Source of the DNA: a virus
Length of the DNA: 36,161 nucleotides
Reading direction: 5' to 3' (one strand)
IMG/VR virus record: IMGVR_UViG_3300044857_000324
Positions within the stretch are counted from its first letter, which is position 1, and every line of letters begins with the position of its first letter. The notes under the pieces are model-generated. The model made no database searches and was not told the origin of the DNA. It saw nothing but the letters and a program-made list of their open reading frames with translations. The position numbers were made by a program, and so were the translations under genes. Below are positions 26,015 to 35,193 of this stretch, piece by piece.

Positions 26015-29000
26015 ATGGCGGACCATACTGATAACGCCATTATGCATTTTGGCACCACTGGTGAAGTTGAGTACGCATCGACCCTGAAACAGATTAATGC
26101 AGTGATGACCACCGCGGCTAAGGTGTACAAGGCGCAGGTTGCGGCTATGGGTGATTCTGCAAGTACGACTGATAAATTAGCCGCTCAGCAACAGAAATTG
26201 CAGACTCAGTTGTCGGCCGCGTCTAAGCGCACGCAGATGTATCGTGATGAGTTGCAGAAGCTTGCTGATTCTGGTGATACAACTAGCACCGAATACACCA
26301 AGCTTGTTGGTAAATTGGCCGACTCTGAAAAGGTTGAAGCCAATCTGACCAACGCACTGAATAAAACCAATGCTGCGATTACTGAACAGAGTTCCGAAAC
26401 CGGTCAGGCAAAGGCGAAGTTGGCGGATTTGCAGGGTGAAGGCGATAAACTGAACGCTGCGCAAAAAGAACTTGCATCAAGCGCAAAGCTTGAGAATGCC
26501 GAGTTAGCCGCTACTGGTGATGAATCTGCACAGACAGCCGCCAAGCAACGGCAACTGCAAAGTGCGCTCACATTAAGTGAAAAATCAGTTGCCAATTTGG
26601 AAGCTCAGCTGAAAGAAACCAAGACCGCTTATGGTGAAAATTCAACTGAAGCAATGCAGATGGGCACAAAGCTTAATGCTGCTAAGACTGATGTGAAGAA
26701 TCTTGAAAATCAGTTAAACACTTTGGGTGAAGAGAGCAACGATACTAGTAGTGATCTCGATGAACTTGGCAACAAGCTCGACCTATCAAATGCCATGGAC
26801 GCAGTTGATAAGCTAAGCGAACTTGGCGATAAGATTACCGAAATTGGTAAAGGAACTTACGAACTAGCTAATGATTATCAGGCTAGTCAGCAGAAAATTC
26901 AGGCTTCTATGGGTGGAACGTCTGCTGAAGCCGAAAAACTCAATGGTGTTGTGAAAAGAGTTTTTGAAGGCGGTGTAGTTGAGTCTGTCGATGAAGCTAC
27001 TGAAGCCGTTACGACGGTAAAAAGTTCGTTTAGTGACCTGAACAACACTGATTTAACCAAGCTAACAAACCAGTTTATTCAGTTGTCGCAAAAGACAGGT
27101 ACTGAAGTTCCTGAAAACGTGAACGCTGCTAAGCAATTGATGACCAACTTTGGTATTAGTTCCAAGCAGGCGTTGGACTTAATTGCCGCTGGTTACCAAA
27201 ATAACCTGAATAAAAACGGTGACTATCTGGATACATTGAACGAATACCCTACCCAGTTTGCTAAGGCTGGTTATAGCGCAGAGGATATGTTTTCTATTCT
27301 GACTAGTGGGATGAAATCTGGTGCGTTCAATACTGATAAAGCCGCCGATGCCGTTAAGGAATTGGGACTTAAGCTGTCAGACAAAACCACCGCACCGAGT
27401 CAGTACTTTGGGCAATTTTCCAAAGGAACGCAGGAGATGATTTTGCAGTTCCGAAAAGGTAAGGCAACATCTGCGGAAGTTAGTGCGTCAATGGCAGCTG
27501 ACCTGAAGAAGATGACACCGACGGAACAAACCTCCGCGCTGAGTCAACTAGGTACGCAATTCGAAGACTTGGGTAACAAAGGAACTATTTCACTTTTATC
27601 CATCGGAAAGGGATACGACCAGGTTGGCGGAAAGGCCAGTGCGTTCAACAAGAAGACTGATGCCCAAAAATTCACAGGTGCGATGCGAAAGTTGCAAGGT
27701 GCATTCGTTCCGCTTATTGGGCAGATGACTCCGGTGGTTCAGAAGCTATCTGAATTTGTTAGCGGGTTGGCTAAAATGCCTGGACCGGCAAAAATCGTGA
27801 TCGCTGTGACCGCGGGTGTACTAGCCGCGATTAGCGCAATTGCACCAGTATTGGCCGCTATTTCTGCAATTCTACCTATGTTTGCAGTGGGTGAAGGGGC
27901 TGCAGCTGCTGGTGGCGCGGCGTTATCAACTGCATTATTACCAATCATTGCTGTGATTCTGGCGGTTATTGCGGCGATTACAGCAGTAATCTTAGTCATT
28001 AAAAACTGGGGTTCGATTGTTGATTGGCTCAAGGGTGTTTGGAACGGATTAACTGATTTCTTCAGCACGTTATGGGCCGGTATTTCGAACGTCTTTCACA
28101 CGGTCGTTACCGCATTGACCACTTGGTTGAGCAGCGCGTTCAACTCGGTGGTGAGTGTAGTACAGGCAGTATGGGAACCAGTGGCAGCATTCTTTAGCAG
28201 CTTTTGGGATGGTGTTAAAACCGTATTCCAATTTGCCATTGTGGCAATTGGGGCCATTATCAGCGCATACGTACTGGTATGGAAAACAACAATTACTTTG
28301 GTGATGAACGCCATTAAGGCAGTGATCACAGTAGTCTGGAATGCTATCAAAGCGTTCTTTGGACCAATCATCTCCGCAATTGGGTCTGTAATTAGTACCG
28401 GTTGGAATGCTATTAAGAGTATTACCAGTTCTGTATTTAACACCGTGAAGTCGGTCATCAGTACTGTATGGAATGCGATTAAGTCCGTAATCACGACCGT
28501 TGTAAATGCAGTCAAGCCGGTAGTTACGAGTGCCTGGAACGCAATCAAATCGGTCACGAGTTCAGTGTTTAACGCCGTTAAATCAGTAGTTACCACAGTT
28601 TGGAACACGATTAAGACTAGTGTTACACGGGTTGTAAATGCGATTAAAGCTGTAATTACTGCTGTGTGGAATGCGATTAAGTCCACAACCAGTTCTGTAT
28701 TTAATGCTATCAAGAAAACCATTACGAGCGTATGGAACGGGATTAAGAGCACCATTACCAGTGTTGTTAACGGGGTCAAAAGTACCGTAACGAATGTTTG
28801 GAACGGGATTAAATCAACGACCGCTAGTGTGTGGAATGGGATTAAGAGTGCCATCACAACGCCAATCAACGCTGCTAAGACCACGGTTAGCAAAGTGATT
28901 GATACCATCAAAGGATTCTTTAGCAACATTCGATTAAAGCTACCGAAGATTAGCATGCCCGCTTTACCACATTTCAAACTAACCGGTAAATTTAGTCTCA

Positions 29001-29308
29001 AACCGCCATCAGTGCCACATTTGGGCGTCGATTGGTACGCGCAAGGTGGTATTATGACCAGCCCAACGCTAATGGGATTCCAGAACGGCCGGGCACAAAT
29101 TGGCGGTGAAGCTGGACCAGAAGCGGCTATTCCGCTAAATGATGCAACTATGGCACGTTTGGGAGCTGCTGTTGCTGGTGCAATGCCAGGACAAGGACCA
29201 ACATATTTGCAAGTAGACGGACAGACGTTTGGTCGTTTAATGGCGGGCTACAACGCTGATGCTAGTGGAGAACAAATTCGACTATATGGGGGGCGTAATC
29301 TAGCATGA
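26015..29308 (+). CDS. Tail tape measure protein
   Basis: 1097 aa, coiled-coil N-terminus, central hydrophobic segment, tandem 11-aa repeats; position. Confidence 0.95.
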   Translation: MADHTDNAIMHFGTTGEVEYASTLKQINAVMTTAAKVYKAQVAAMGDSASTTDKLAAQQQKLQTQLSAASKRTQMYRDELQKLADSGDTTSTEYTKLVGKLADSEKVEANLTNALNKTNAAITEQSSETGQAKAKLADLQGEGDKLNAAQKELASSAKLENAELAATGDESAQTAAKQRQLQSALTLSEKSVANLEAQLKETKTAYGENSTEAMQMGTKLNAAKTDVKNLENQLNTLGEESNDTSSDLDELGNKLDLSNAMDAVDKLSELGDKITEIGKGTYELANDYQASQQKIQASMGGTSAEAEKLNGVVKRVFEGGVVESVDEATEAVTTVKSSFSDLNNTDLTKLTNQFIQLSQKTGTEVPENVNAAKQLMTNFGISSKQALDLIAAGYQNNLNKNGDYLDTLNEYPTQFAKAGYSAEDMFSILTSGMKSGAFNTDKAADAVKELGLKLSDKTTAPSQYFGQFSKGTQEMILQFRKGKATSAEVSASMAADLKKMTPTEQTSALSQLGTQFEDLGNKGTISLLSIGKGYDQVGGKASAFNKKTDAQKFTGAMRKLQGAFVPLIGQMTPVVQKLSEFVSGLAKMPGPAKIVIAVTAGVLAAISAIAPVLAAISAILPMFAVGEGAAAAGGAALSTALLPIIAVILAVIAAITAVILVIKNWGSIVDWLKGVWNGLTDFFSTLWAGISNVFHTVVTALTTWLSSAFNSVVSVVQAVWEPVAAFFSSFWDGVKTVFQFAIVAIGAIISAYVLVWKTTITLVMNAIKAVITVVWNAIKAFFGPIISAIGSVISTGWNAIKSITSSVFNTVKSVISTVWNAIKSVITTVVNAVKPVVTSAWNAIKSVTSSVFNAVKSVVTTVWNTIKTSVTRVVNAIKAVITAVWNAIKSTTSSVFNAIKKTITSVWNGIKSTITSVVNGVKSTVTNVWNGIKSTTASVWNGIKSAITTPINAAKTTVSKVIDTIKGFFSNIRLKLPKISMPALPHFKLTGKFSLKPPSVPHLGVDWYAQGGIMTSPTLMGFQNGRAQIGGEAGPEAAIPLNDATMARLGAAVAGAMPGQGPTYLQVDGQTFGRLMAGYNADASGEQIRLYGGRNLA
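28295..28921 (+). repeat. 19 tandem 33-bp (11-aa) degenerate repeats in the tape measure gene
   Basis: Consensus TSVWNAIKSVI; segment length 627 bp = 19 x 33. Confidence 0.85.
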
Positions 29309-30021
29309 GCAATCTATATAGTTTTCAGTTTCTAAATCAGAGGCCAGAAGACTTTAACCCAATGATGCAGGTTACTAGCCGAGATATTGGCTATCCGAAA
29401 CGAAATGTGATAACTGCTACGGTGCCGTTCTCTTCACAGGAATTTGATTTTTCTGAAGCAGGCGGTGACGCAAGTTGGGGCAATCGGACAATTAAGTACG
29501 TCATTTCGGTGCTCAACATCAATCAACTGGACCCGATTGAAATGCACGACTGCTCAACTCAGCTCGTTAACTGGTTAACCAACAGCCATGGGCGTCAGGC
29601 TCTGTATGATGACGCGTTTCCTGGATATCATTTCTTGGGCGAGTTACGAGACGCTCCAAGTCTTGCTGACGAGGTGGAAACTGGTGATCTTACGGTTACC
29701 TTTGACTGCTACGCGTTTATGATTCACGACTATCCCGAAGGAATGGATCTTTGGCCGTTCTTTCGGTTTGCCAGTGATACGTTGCAGACCACTGAGTACG
29801 ACGTTAACGGTACTGCTCAAGTGTTGTTGATCAACACTGGGGCACAGTCTGCTACACCAACAATTACGGCGGATAATCAAATGACAGTGACAATAGGTGC
29901 AATTGATTATGAAGTTCCTAAGGGAATTAGTTCTGGTGTTAAACTGCCTGTCGGAAATAATTTCATTACAGTAAACGGTCAAGGCCATATCAGCTTTGAA
30001 TGGTTCAAGGAGGTAATGTGA
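29305..30021 (+). CDS. Distal tail protein (Dit-like)
   Basis: SFQFLNQRPEDFNPMMQVTSRDIGYPKRNVITATVPFSSQEFDFS...; position immediately after tape measure. Confidence 0.8.
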   Translation: MSNLYSFQFLNQRPEDFNPMMQVTSRDIGYPKRNVITATVPFSSQEFDFSEAGGDASWGNRTIKYVISVLNINQLDPIEMHDCSTQLVNWLTNSHGRQALYDDAFPGYHFLGELRDAPSLADEVETGDLTVTFDCYAFMIHDYPEGMDLWPFFRFASDTLQTTEYDVNGTAQVLLINTGAQSATPTITADNQMTVTIGAIDYEVPKGISSGVKLPVGNNFITVNGQGHISFEWFKEVM

Positions 30022-31448
30022 TGTATCAAGTCGATATCTACAATGACGAAGAGAGCATCACTATAAACACTACTGGAACCAGTGATGTGAAGGTGACCGC
30101 GGGTCAAATCAAGCGTGAAATAAACAAGACAGCCAGCTTTGACTTCACGATTTTACCGAACAATCCTGGGTATTACTCAGTCCACGGAGTTACAACACGC
30201 ATCAAAGTCACGCGTGTTGATCGCAATAAAATTGAGTTCGTTGGCCGAGTGTTGCAACCAAATCGTGGAATGGATACAAGTGGTCTGTTTGCATCGTCAT
30301 ATACGTGTGCGGATGCACTGGATTATCTGCATGATGTGTCACCTGACTATCAGACAGTTTCAGGAACTGGTAAGCAGATTATCAATAAGTTACTCGATAT
30401 TTTTAATACTGCGCCGGGGCTTGAAAATTATAAGCATATCCAGTTAGGAGATGTTGGTGGTAAAGCCACTTACACACTTGAGGTCGGGCCAGAGAAAGAT
30501 ATCTACGATACTATTCATGACTTTGTAGTGACGACAATGGGATATGAGATGCAGTTGCGCGTGATTAGCGATACTGAGATGTATCTGGACGTTCAAGCAG
30601 TGCTAGGTCAAACATGTATGACTCGTATCGAGCTGGCGCGTAATATGCAGTCAATTTCTGTTAACGAAGATCCGACGAGCGTGATTACTCGTGCCATTCC
30701 GCTGGGAGCAGTTAAGCAGGACGCCGCCACTTCAGGCACGACTGCTGACGCTGTGCAAAAACGCGTTTGTCTTGCCGATATTGGCAAAAGTATGTCAGTA
30801 AATTTTCAAGACTTAATTGATTTATATGGTGTGCAGGAAGGCCCGGTGATTTTTGATGATGTGACGGATGCTTCCCAGCTTGAGGGGCGTTTGCAGTCAT
30901 GGGTAAAAACACAACGCGTGCAGCGGAAGTTCTCAGTCACCGCACTCGACCTATCCAAGATTGGATTGGAGGCAGACGACTTCGATGTCTACAATTATTA
31001 TCCGGTTGAGAATTCAGTGATGGGGGTAGATGAGCCACTACGTGTTACCGCAATGACTTTGGATATTGTCAATATTGCAAGTGAGTCATTAACGATTGGT
31101 GATAAGTATAAAAATGCTACTGATTATGCGCTGGAATCGCTCAAACAAGTGCAAAGTTCGGAATCATTAGTAGAAAGAATTAAAACATTGGCCGTTACTA
31201 CAGGGGAGACATCAAAAAACATTGCGACAGTTAGGGAAACTGTGAACACGCTGCAAAAAAATATTGAGGATGCCAACTTATCTGGAATAGCCGCGTCATT
31301 GGATTTATTAAAGGAGCAGCTCAACGGAATTGATGAGAATATTGCCAACGTCAACACTACAATCAACACGTTGCAAGAAGGGTATCTCAAACAAGAAAAA
31401 AGACTTGATGATTTAGAAGTCGCCATAGGAGGTGGAACTAGTAAATGA
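30021..31448 (+). CDS. Phage tail protein / tail endopeptidase-like (Tal)
   Basis: MYQVDIYNDEESITINTTGTSDVKVTAGQIKREINKTASFDFTILPNNPGYYS...; position. Start taken at ATG 30021. Confidence 0.75.
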   Translation: MYQVDIYNDEESITINTTGTSDVKVTAGQIKREINKTASFDFTILPNNPGYYSVHGVTTRIKVTRVDRNKIEFVGRVLQPNRGMDTSGLFASSYTCADALDYLHDVSPDYQTVSGTGKQIINKLLDIFNTAPGLENYKHIQLGDVGGKATYTLEVGPEKDIYDTIHDFVVTTMGYEMQLRVISDTEMYLDVQAVLGQTCMTRIELARNMQSISVNEDPTSVITRAIPLGAVKQDAATSGTTADAVQKRVCLADIGKSMSVNFQDLIDLYGVQEGPVIFDDVTDASQLEGRLQSWVKTQRVQRKFSVTALDLSKIGLEADDFDVYNYYPVENSVMGVDEPLRVTAMTLDIVNIASESLTIGDKYKNATDYALESLKQVQSSESLVERIKTLAVTTGETSKNIATVRETVNTLQKNIEDANLSGIAASLDLLKEQLNGIDENIANVNTTINTLQEGYLKQEKRLDDLEVAIGGGTSK

Positions 31449-32248
31449 CAAGAGATGAAATCTTAAATTGGTTAAAGGTGCAGAAAACGTTCGATATTGA
31501 TGTGAATTATGTCGATGTTACACCTACACCGCCGCTAGTATATGAACCTGGAACTAATTTGGAGGTGTTGGCAAATAAGCAGGCACAGATTTTAGTTACA
31601 CATCCACTGGGTAAGGATGTATTAAAGGGGCTTGGTGATCAGCTCAAACTCACCGGGTGGATGCTACAACAAGGAATTATTTCACTACAACAGTTTGCTG
31701 ATGCAATGGACGCATATGAGTCTGCAATTAATATTCGTGTAAGTGATATAGAACATCGTCAGGCGGCGAGTGAAGCTAATGTGACAGACTTGCTGGCTAA
31801 AACCACGGAGGCGGCCGGTACTGATGGATTTGGACCGGAGGTAATTGATGCTCGAAAATCTACGATTTATGAGCAAGATTTTGCGACACTTAGGGCTCAT
31901 CTTGATTTTTTGGAGAGTCAAATCGCACCATATGTGGCTAACACTAGTACAACAGCCACGATTCCGGTTGATTTAGGACGTCAGGTACCGATTAGTGTCA
32001 CGTACTACGAGTACGCTCTGGGCACGGAACCTGATGGTTTAGGTACAGGCCCTTATGGCTTGGGTGGGAGTGTACCAGTTGATGTGGCCGCAATCGCGGT
32101 TACTTGGTCTGATGCTGATACCGCCCAGGTCGCATTGCCGGTGATTTATAAAGACATTGTGACTAACGGCGCTTTAAAGGTAATGGCTGATGGTTCATGG
32201 ACAATTACGAACGAATATAAAACTTTGCGCTTTGTCGCAGATAATTAG
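31445..32248 (+). CDS. Hypothetical baseplate/tail-associated protein
   Basis: 267 aa in tail-fibre module; coupled (ATGA) to the upstream gene. Confidence 0.6.
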   Translation: MTRDEILNWLKVQKTFDIDVNYVDVTPTPPLVYEPGTNLEVLANKQAQILVTHPLGKDVLKGLGDQLKLTGWMLQQGIISLQQFADAMDAYESAINIRVSDIEHRQAASEANVTDLLAKTTEAAGTDGFGPEVIDARKSTIYEQDFATLRAHLDFLESQIAPYVANTSTTATIPVDLGRQVPISVTYYEYALGTEPDGLGTGPYGLGGSVPVDVAAIAVTWSDADTAQVALPVIYKDIVTNGALKVMADGSWTITNEYKTLRFVADN

Positions 32249-32259
32249 GAGGTCTATTA

Positions 32260-32721
32260 ATGGCAGATTTAAAACTAACGCCAATCCAAAACGGAATGCC
32301 TTTGGGCGGAGATGTAATTGGCACAAACTTTGATTTAGTTACAGAGGCAATTAATGCTAACGCAACTACAGGTAGCAATGATTGGCCCACTGATGGGATG
32401 ACCCTTGTCAATGGCGCCCAATTGGCTGCAGGTGCTTGGATGGGGTATCGGGTGCTGCAGCTAGGCACAGACTGGCAACTTGTTCAGATTTCCGCTGCGC
32501 TTACAAACGTCACGAAAAGCGATGTGCCGCTTATCACACTACCGGCTGGATTGACGGGTAAGCAGTCCCTGAACTTTACGGCGCCAGCGACTGGATCGCA
32601 GGTTTTACGCTGGCAGCTAAACAAAGAGCAATTGAGCTTGACTGGCGGTGTAAAACCCAATAGTGCTAGCGACTGGGTATCAGTTTACTTGATGATTCCG
32701 GTCTACACCGGTGCAAAGTAG
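32260..32721 (+). CDS. Hypothetical tail-associated protein
   Basis: 153 aa, MADLKLTPIQNGMPLGGDVIGTNFDLVTEAINANATTG; position. Confidence 0.6.
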   Translation: MADLKLTPIQNGMPLGGDVIGTNFDLVTEAINANATTGSNDWPTDGMTLVNGAQLAAGAWMGYRVLQLGTDWQLVQISAALTNVTKSDVPLITLPAGLTGKQSLNFTAPATGSQVLRWQLNKEQLSLTGGVKPNSASDWVSVYLMIPVYTGAK

Positions 32722-32730
32722 GAGGTATGT

Positions 32731-33093
32731 ATGAGTAAGGTAATTTATCGGGTAACGGACGATGACGCTGGCTTTGTAGCTGTATTGGTTGCAGACGATT
32801 ACCAGTTGCAAGACGGCGAGACAGTGACCGCTCCACCTGAAGGGGTGATGCTGCCAGCGCACTATGATGCTGGCGCTGATACGTGGACAGGAGCGACGGA
32901 CGATGAGCACGCGGCGTACGTAGAGAGCTTACAGACGTCGGAAACAGTAGTTACGCCACAGGATGCACTCAATGCGCAGTTGCTTAAAAAGCAGGCCGCG
33001 CAGGACGTATCGAACGCAGCAATCATTAAGCAAATGGCGGCGCTCAGTGCAAAACTTGATAGCAGCATGGCAACCGCAGGAACGGAGGACTAA
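32731..33093 (+). CDS. Hypothetical tail-module protein
   Basis: 120 aa, SD GGAGG upstream; position. Confidence 0.6.
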   Translation: MSKVIYRVTDDDAGFVAVLVADDYQLQDGETVTAPPEGVMLPAHYDAGADTWTGATDDEHAAYVESLQTSETVVTPQDALNAQLLKKQAAQDVSNAAIIKQMAALSAKLDSSMATAGTED

Positions 33094-33095
33094 AG

Positions 33096-33236
33096 ATGAG
33101 CGAAATGATTAGTAGTTATTACAAAATGGGTTTGTACACAGCCGATGACTTGGCATTGTTTGTACAGGTTAACTACATTACGCAAGCACAGGCTGATGCA
33201 TTGGTTGCTGGAATAATCGAGGCAATTAAATCATGA
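33096..33236 (+). CDS. XkdX-family small protein (46 aa), not in the ORF track
   Basis: MSEMISSYYKMGLYTADDLALFVQVNYITQAQADALVAGIIEAIKS; SD GGAGG upstream. Confidence 0.8.
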   Translation: MSEMISSYYKMGLYTADDLALFVQVNYITQAQADALVAGIIEAIKS

Positions 33237-33712
33237 TGCCACCAAACTATAATTTTACAATGTTCCTATTGTCTGCCCGCCGAATGGTAGATAACCCATA
33301 TATCGAAGCGTTCTTGATTGCGGTTGTCATTGACCTTTTTACCGGGTTTGCCAAATCCTTCAGCAAGGACGCCACACATAAGGCGGATAGCTCAATCGGC
33401 ATCTTTGGTGCAGTCAAGCATTTGGTGATTGTGGTGCTGATTCTATCGATTTATCCGCTAATTGATGCACTGGGATTTGGCAGCTTTGGAACAATCATTG
33501 TTTTGTTCTACATTTTCCAATACGCGCTAAGTATCTTGGAAAACTTGGGTATTATGGGCATTCCCGTACCAACGTTTATCAAGGATAAATTGCAGAAGCT
33601 CAGCCGTGAATCGGATGGCGGAATTAATACATTTGCCCAGGCAAAAAATGTTGTAGTTGAAGCAAAGAAAGCGACCGAGAAGAAGGAGGAACCTGAAAAT
33701 GGTGACGACTAA
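33233..33712 (+). CDS. Phage holin family protein
   Basis: IEAFLIAVVIDLFTGFAKSFSKDATHKADSSIGIFGAVKHLVIVVLILSIYPLIDALGFGSFGTIIVLFYIFQYALSILENLGIMGIPVP. Confidence 0.9.
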   Translation: MMPPNYNFTMFLLSARRMVDNPYIEAFLIAVVIDLFTGFAKSFSKDATHKADSSIGIFGAVKHLVIVVLILSIYPLIDALGFGSFGTIIVLFYIFQYALSILENLGIMGIPVPTFIKDKLQKLSRESDGGINTFAQAKNVVVEAKKATEKKEEPENGDD

Positions 33713-34778
33713 GTCTGACACGTACGAACAAGGTCCAGATTGGGCAAAGTACCAAGGTGCTGAGGGCGTTTTTGGACAAGATGCTGATACATTCGTTATC
33801 GCACAAGTAGGTGGTTATCAAGGTGGCTACTATACGCAAGCTACGTATAATAGCCAAGTGTCATCCGCACGTGCTCGCGGTCTGCACGCACACACCTATA
33901 TCTGGTTGCAGGTGGGTGGTGATGTGGCGTTAGCCAAGCAAGTCGCGCAACACTTTGTACCACTCATCAAGACCCCCAAGGGATCCATTGTTGCTATGGA
34001 TTACGAAGATGGTGCATCAGGCAGTAAAGCCAATAACACTGCGGCAATCATCGCGGCCATGCAGGTAGTTAAGGACGCGGGCTACACGCCGATGTACTAC
34101 AGTTATAAGCCGTATACTCAGCAGCATGTGGATGCGGCGGCGATTGTAAAACGGTTTGGCACATGTATCTGGATTGCAGGATATCCTGATTACAATGTAC
34201 GTACTAAGCCGTTGTGGCAATACTTTCCAAGTATGGATGGAGTAGCCATTTGGCAATTTACGTCTATGTATCGCGCGGGTGGTCTGGATGGTAATGTGGA
34301 TTTAACTGGTATTACTCATAACGGATATAACATTGACCCGCCGAAGAAAGAGGATGAAGAGACTGTGGAAACAACTAAAAATATTGTGACGATTAGCCAT
34401 GTGCCGGGGGCGGAAATCCCCGTATACGACAAGAATGGTAAACGCGTTAAGGCTAAGGGGTACACGAATGGTACGAAGCACACCAGCAAGGCTATTTACA
34501 TCACAGCGGCCGGTACATGCTTCTATGATGGCAAGGTATTTATCCCGATTGGCTTCACGCATTATGCACATGCTGTTATCGTCAATTACGCTAAAGGTTA
34601 CGGTGTTCTGGCGGTTGATAAAAACGGCAAGCAGATTGCAAACACTAACTCCAAGTTTAAGGCTGGTACTGCTTGGAACTGGTCCAAGTGCATCCGCATT
34701 GGTTCTGAAAACTATTTCCAGGTAAGTTCAACTGAGTTCATCCCCGCCGAATACGTGCAGGGTGGCGGATACAAGTAA
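33699..34778 (+). CDS. Endolysin: GH25 muramidase with C-terminal SLAP-like wall-binding region
   Basis: GPDWAKYQGAEGVFGQDADTFVIAQVGGYQGG...VAMDYEDG...YYSYKPYT...IWIAGYPDY...VAIWQFTSMYRAGGLDGNVD; C-term IPVYDKNGKRVKAKGYTNGT. Start at ATG 33699 with SD AAGGAGG. Confidence 0.92.
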   Translation: MVTTKSDTYEQGPDWAKYQGAEGVFGQDADTFVIAQVGGYQGGYYTQATYNSQVSSARARGLHAHTYIWLQVGGDVALAKQVAQHFVPLIKTPKGSIVAMDYEDGASGSKANNTAAIIAAMQVVKDAGYTPMYYSYKPYTQQHVDAAAIVKRFGTCIWIAGYPDYNVRTKPLWQYFPSMDGVAIWQFTSMYRAGGLDGNVDLTGITHNGYNIDPPKKEDEETVETTKNIVTISHVPGAEIPVYDKNGKRVKAKGYTNGTKHTSKAIYITAAGTCFYDGKVFIPIGFTHYAHAVIVNYAKGYGVLAVDKNGKQIANTNSKFKAGTAWNWSKCIRIGSENYFQVSSTEFIPAEYVQGGGYK

Positions 34779-34785
34779 CTAAAAT

Positions 34786-34820
34786 AGCCCTCGTTCACAA
34801 TGTGAGCGGGGGTTATTTAT
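34786..34820 (+). terminator. Rho-independent terminator after endolysin
   Basis: GCCCTCGTTCAC-AAT-GTGAGCGGGGGTT followed by ATTTATTTT. Confidence 0.7.
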
Positions 34821-34854
34821 TTTGCGTTAATTCAAAAATAAATACGTTTACGTG

Positions 34855-34883
34855 TTGACTTTAATACTGATACGGGTTATTAT
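34855..34883 (+). promoter_or_regulatory. Candidate promoter for the right-end accessory segment
   Basis: TTGACT (34855..34860), 17-nt spacer, TATTAT (34878..34883), directly after the lysis-operon terminator. Confidence 0.6.
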
Positions 34884-34914
34884 AATAGATGTAGTAAGGA
34901 AGGAGGTGAGGGAC

Positions 34915-35037
34915 ATCAAGTCAAGGGTAGAAAAAAAGAACCAACTTCGCCAAGAAAAACGGAAACAGAATGAGTACCGACTCGCAATCGCATCATTCAT
35001 AGTTTCACTGTTAGCCTTCTTGAAGAGCTGGTTCTAG
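34915..35037 (+). CDS. Small membrane peptide A (~40 aa); start codon uncertain (ATC 34915 or GTG 34906)
   Basis: (I/M)KSRVEKKNQLRQEKRKQNEYRLAIASFIVSLLAFLKSWF; perfect AAGGAGGTGA SD at 34900..34909. Confidence 0.6.
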   Translation: MKSRVEKKNQLRQEKRKQNEYRLAIASFIVSLLAFLKSWF

Positions 35038-35038
35038 A

Positions 35039-35062
35039 GAGCGGGGGCGTAAGCCCCTGTTC
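35039..35062 (+). promoter_or_regulatory. Strong stem-loop without U tract between peptide A and peptide B
   Basis: GAGCGGGGGC-GTAA-GCCCCTGTTC, 10-bp stem with two G-U pairs. Confidence 0.55.
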
Positions 35063-35092
35063 GTTGTACCCTGAGTATAGCATGTCCGAAAT

Positions 35093-35182
35093 ATGAAAGA
35101 CAATCGAAGCCGAAACACAATAATCTTATCGATAGCCGCGATCATCTTGAGCTTGCTTGCATTAGCAAAAAGCCTTTTTTAA
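35093..35182 (+). CDS. Small membrane peptide B (29 aa), not in the ORF track
   Basis: MKDNRSRNTIILSIAAIILSLLALAKSLF; similar to the C-terminus of peptide A; start overlaps stop of a 4-codon uORF (ATGTCCGAAATATGA at 35082). Confidence 0.5.
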   Translation: MKDNRSRNTIILSIAAIILSLLALAKSLF

Positions 35183-35193
35183 GGAGTAATACA

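Noticed and set aside
28096-29001. 301-aa ORF on the minus strand opposite the tape measure gene
   Set aside because: Repetitive hydrophobic sequence is the complement of the 33-bp repeats; no SD or context; antisense artefact of repeat composition.
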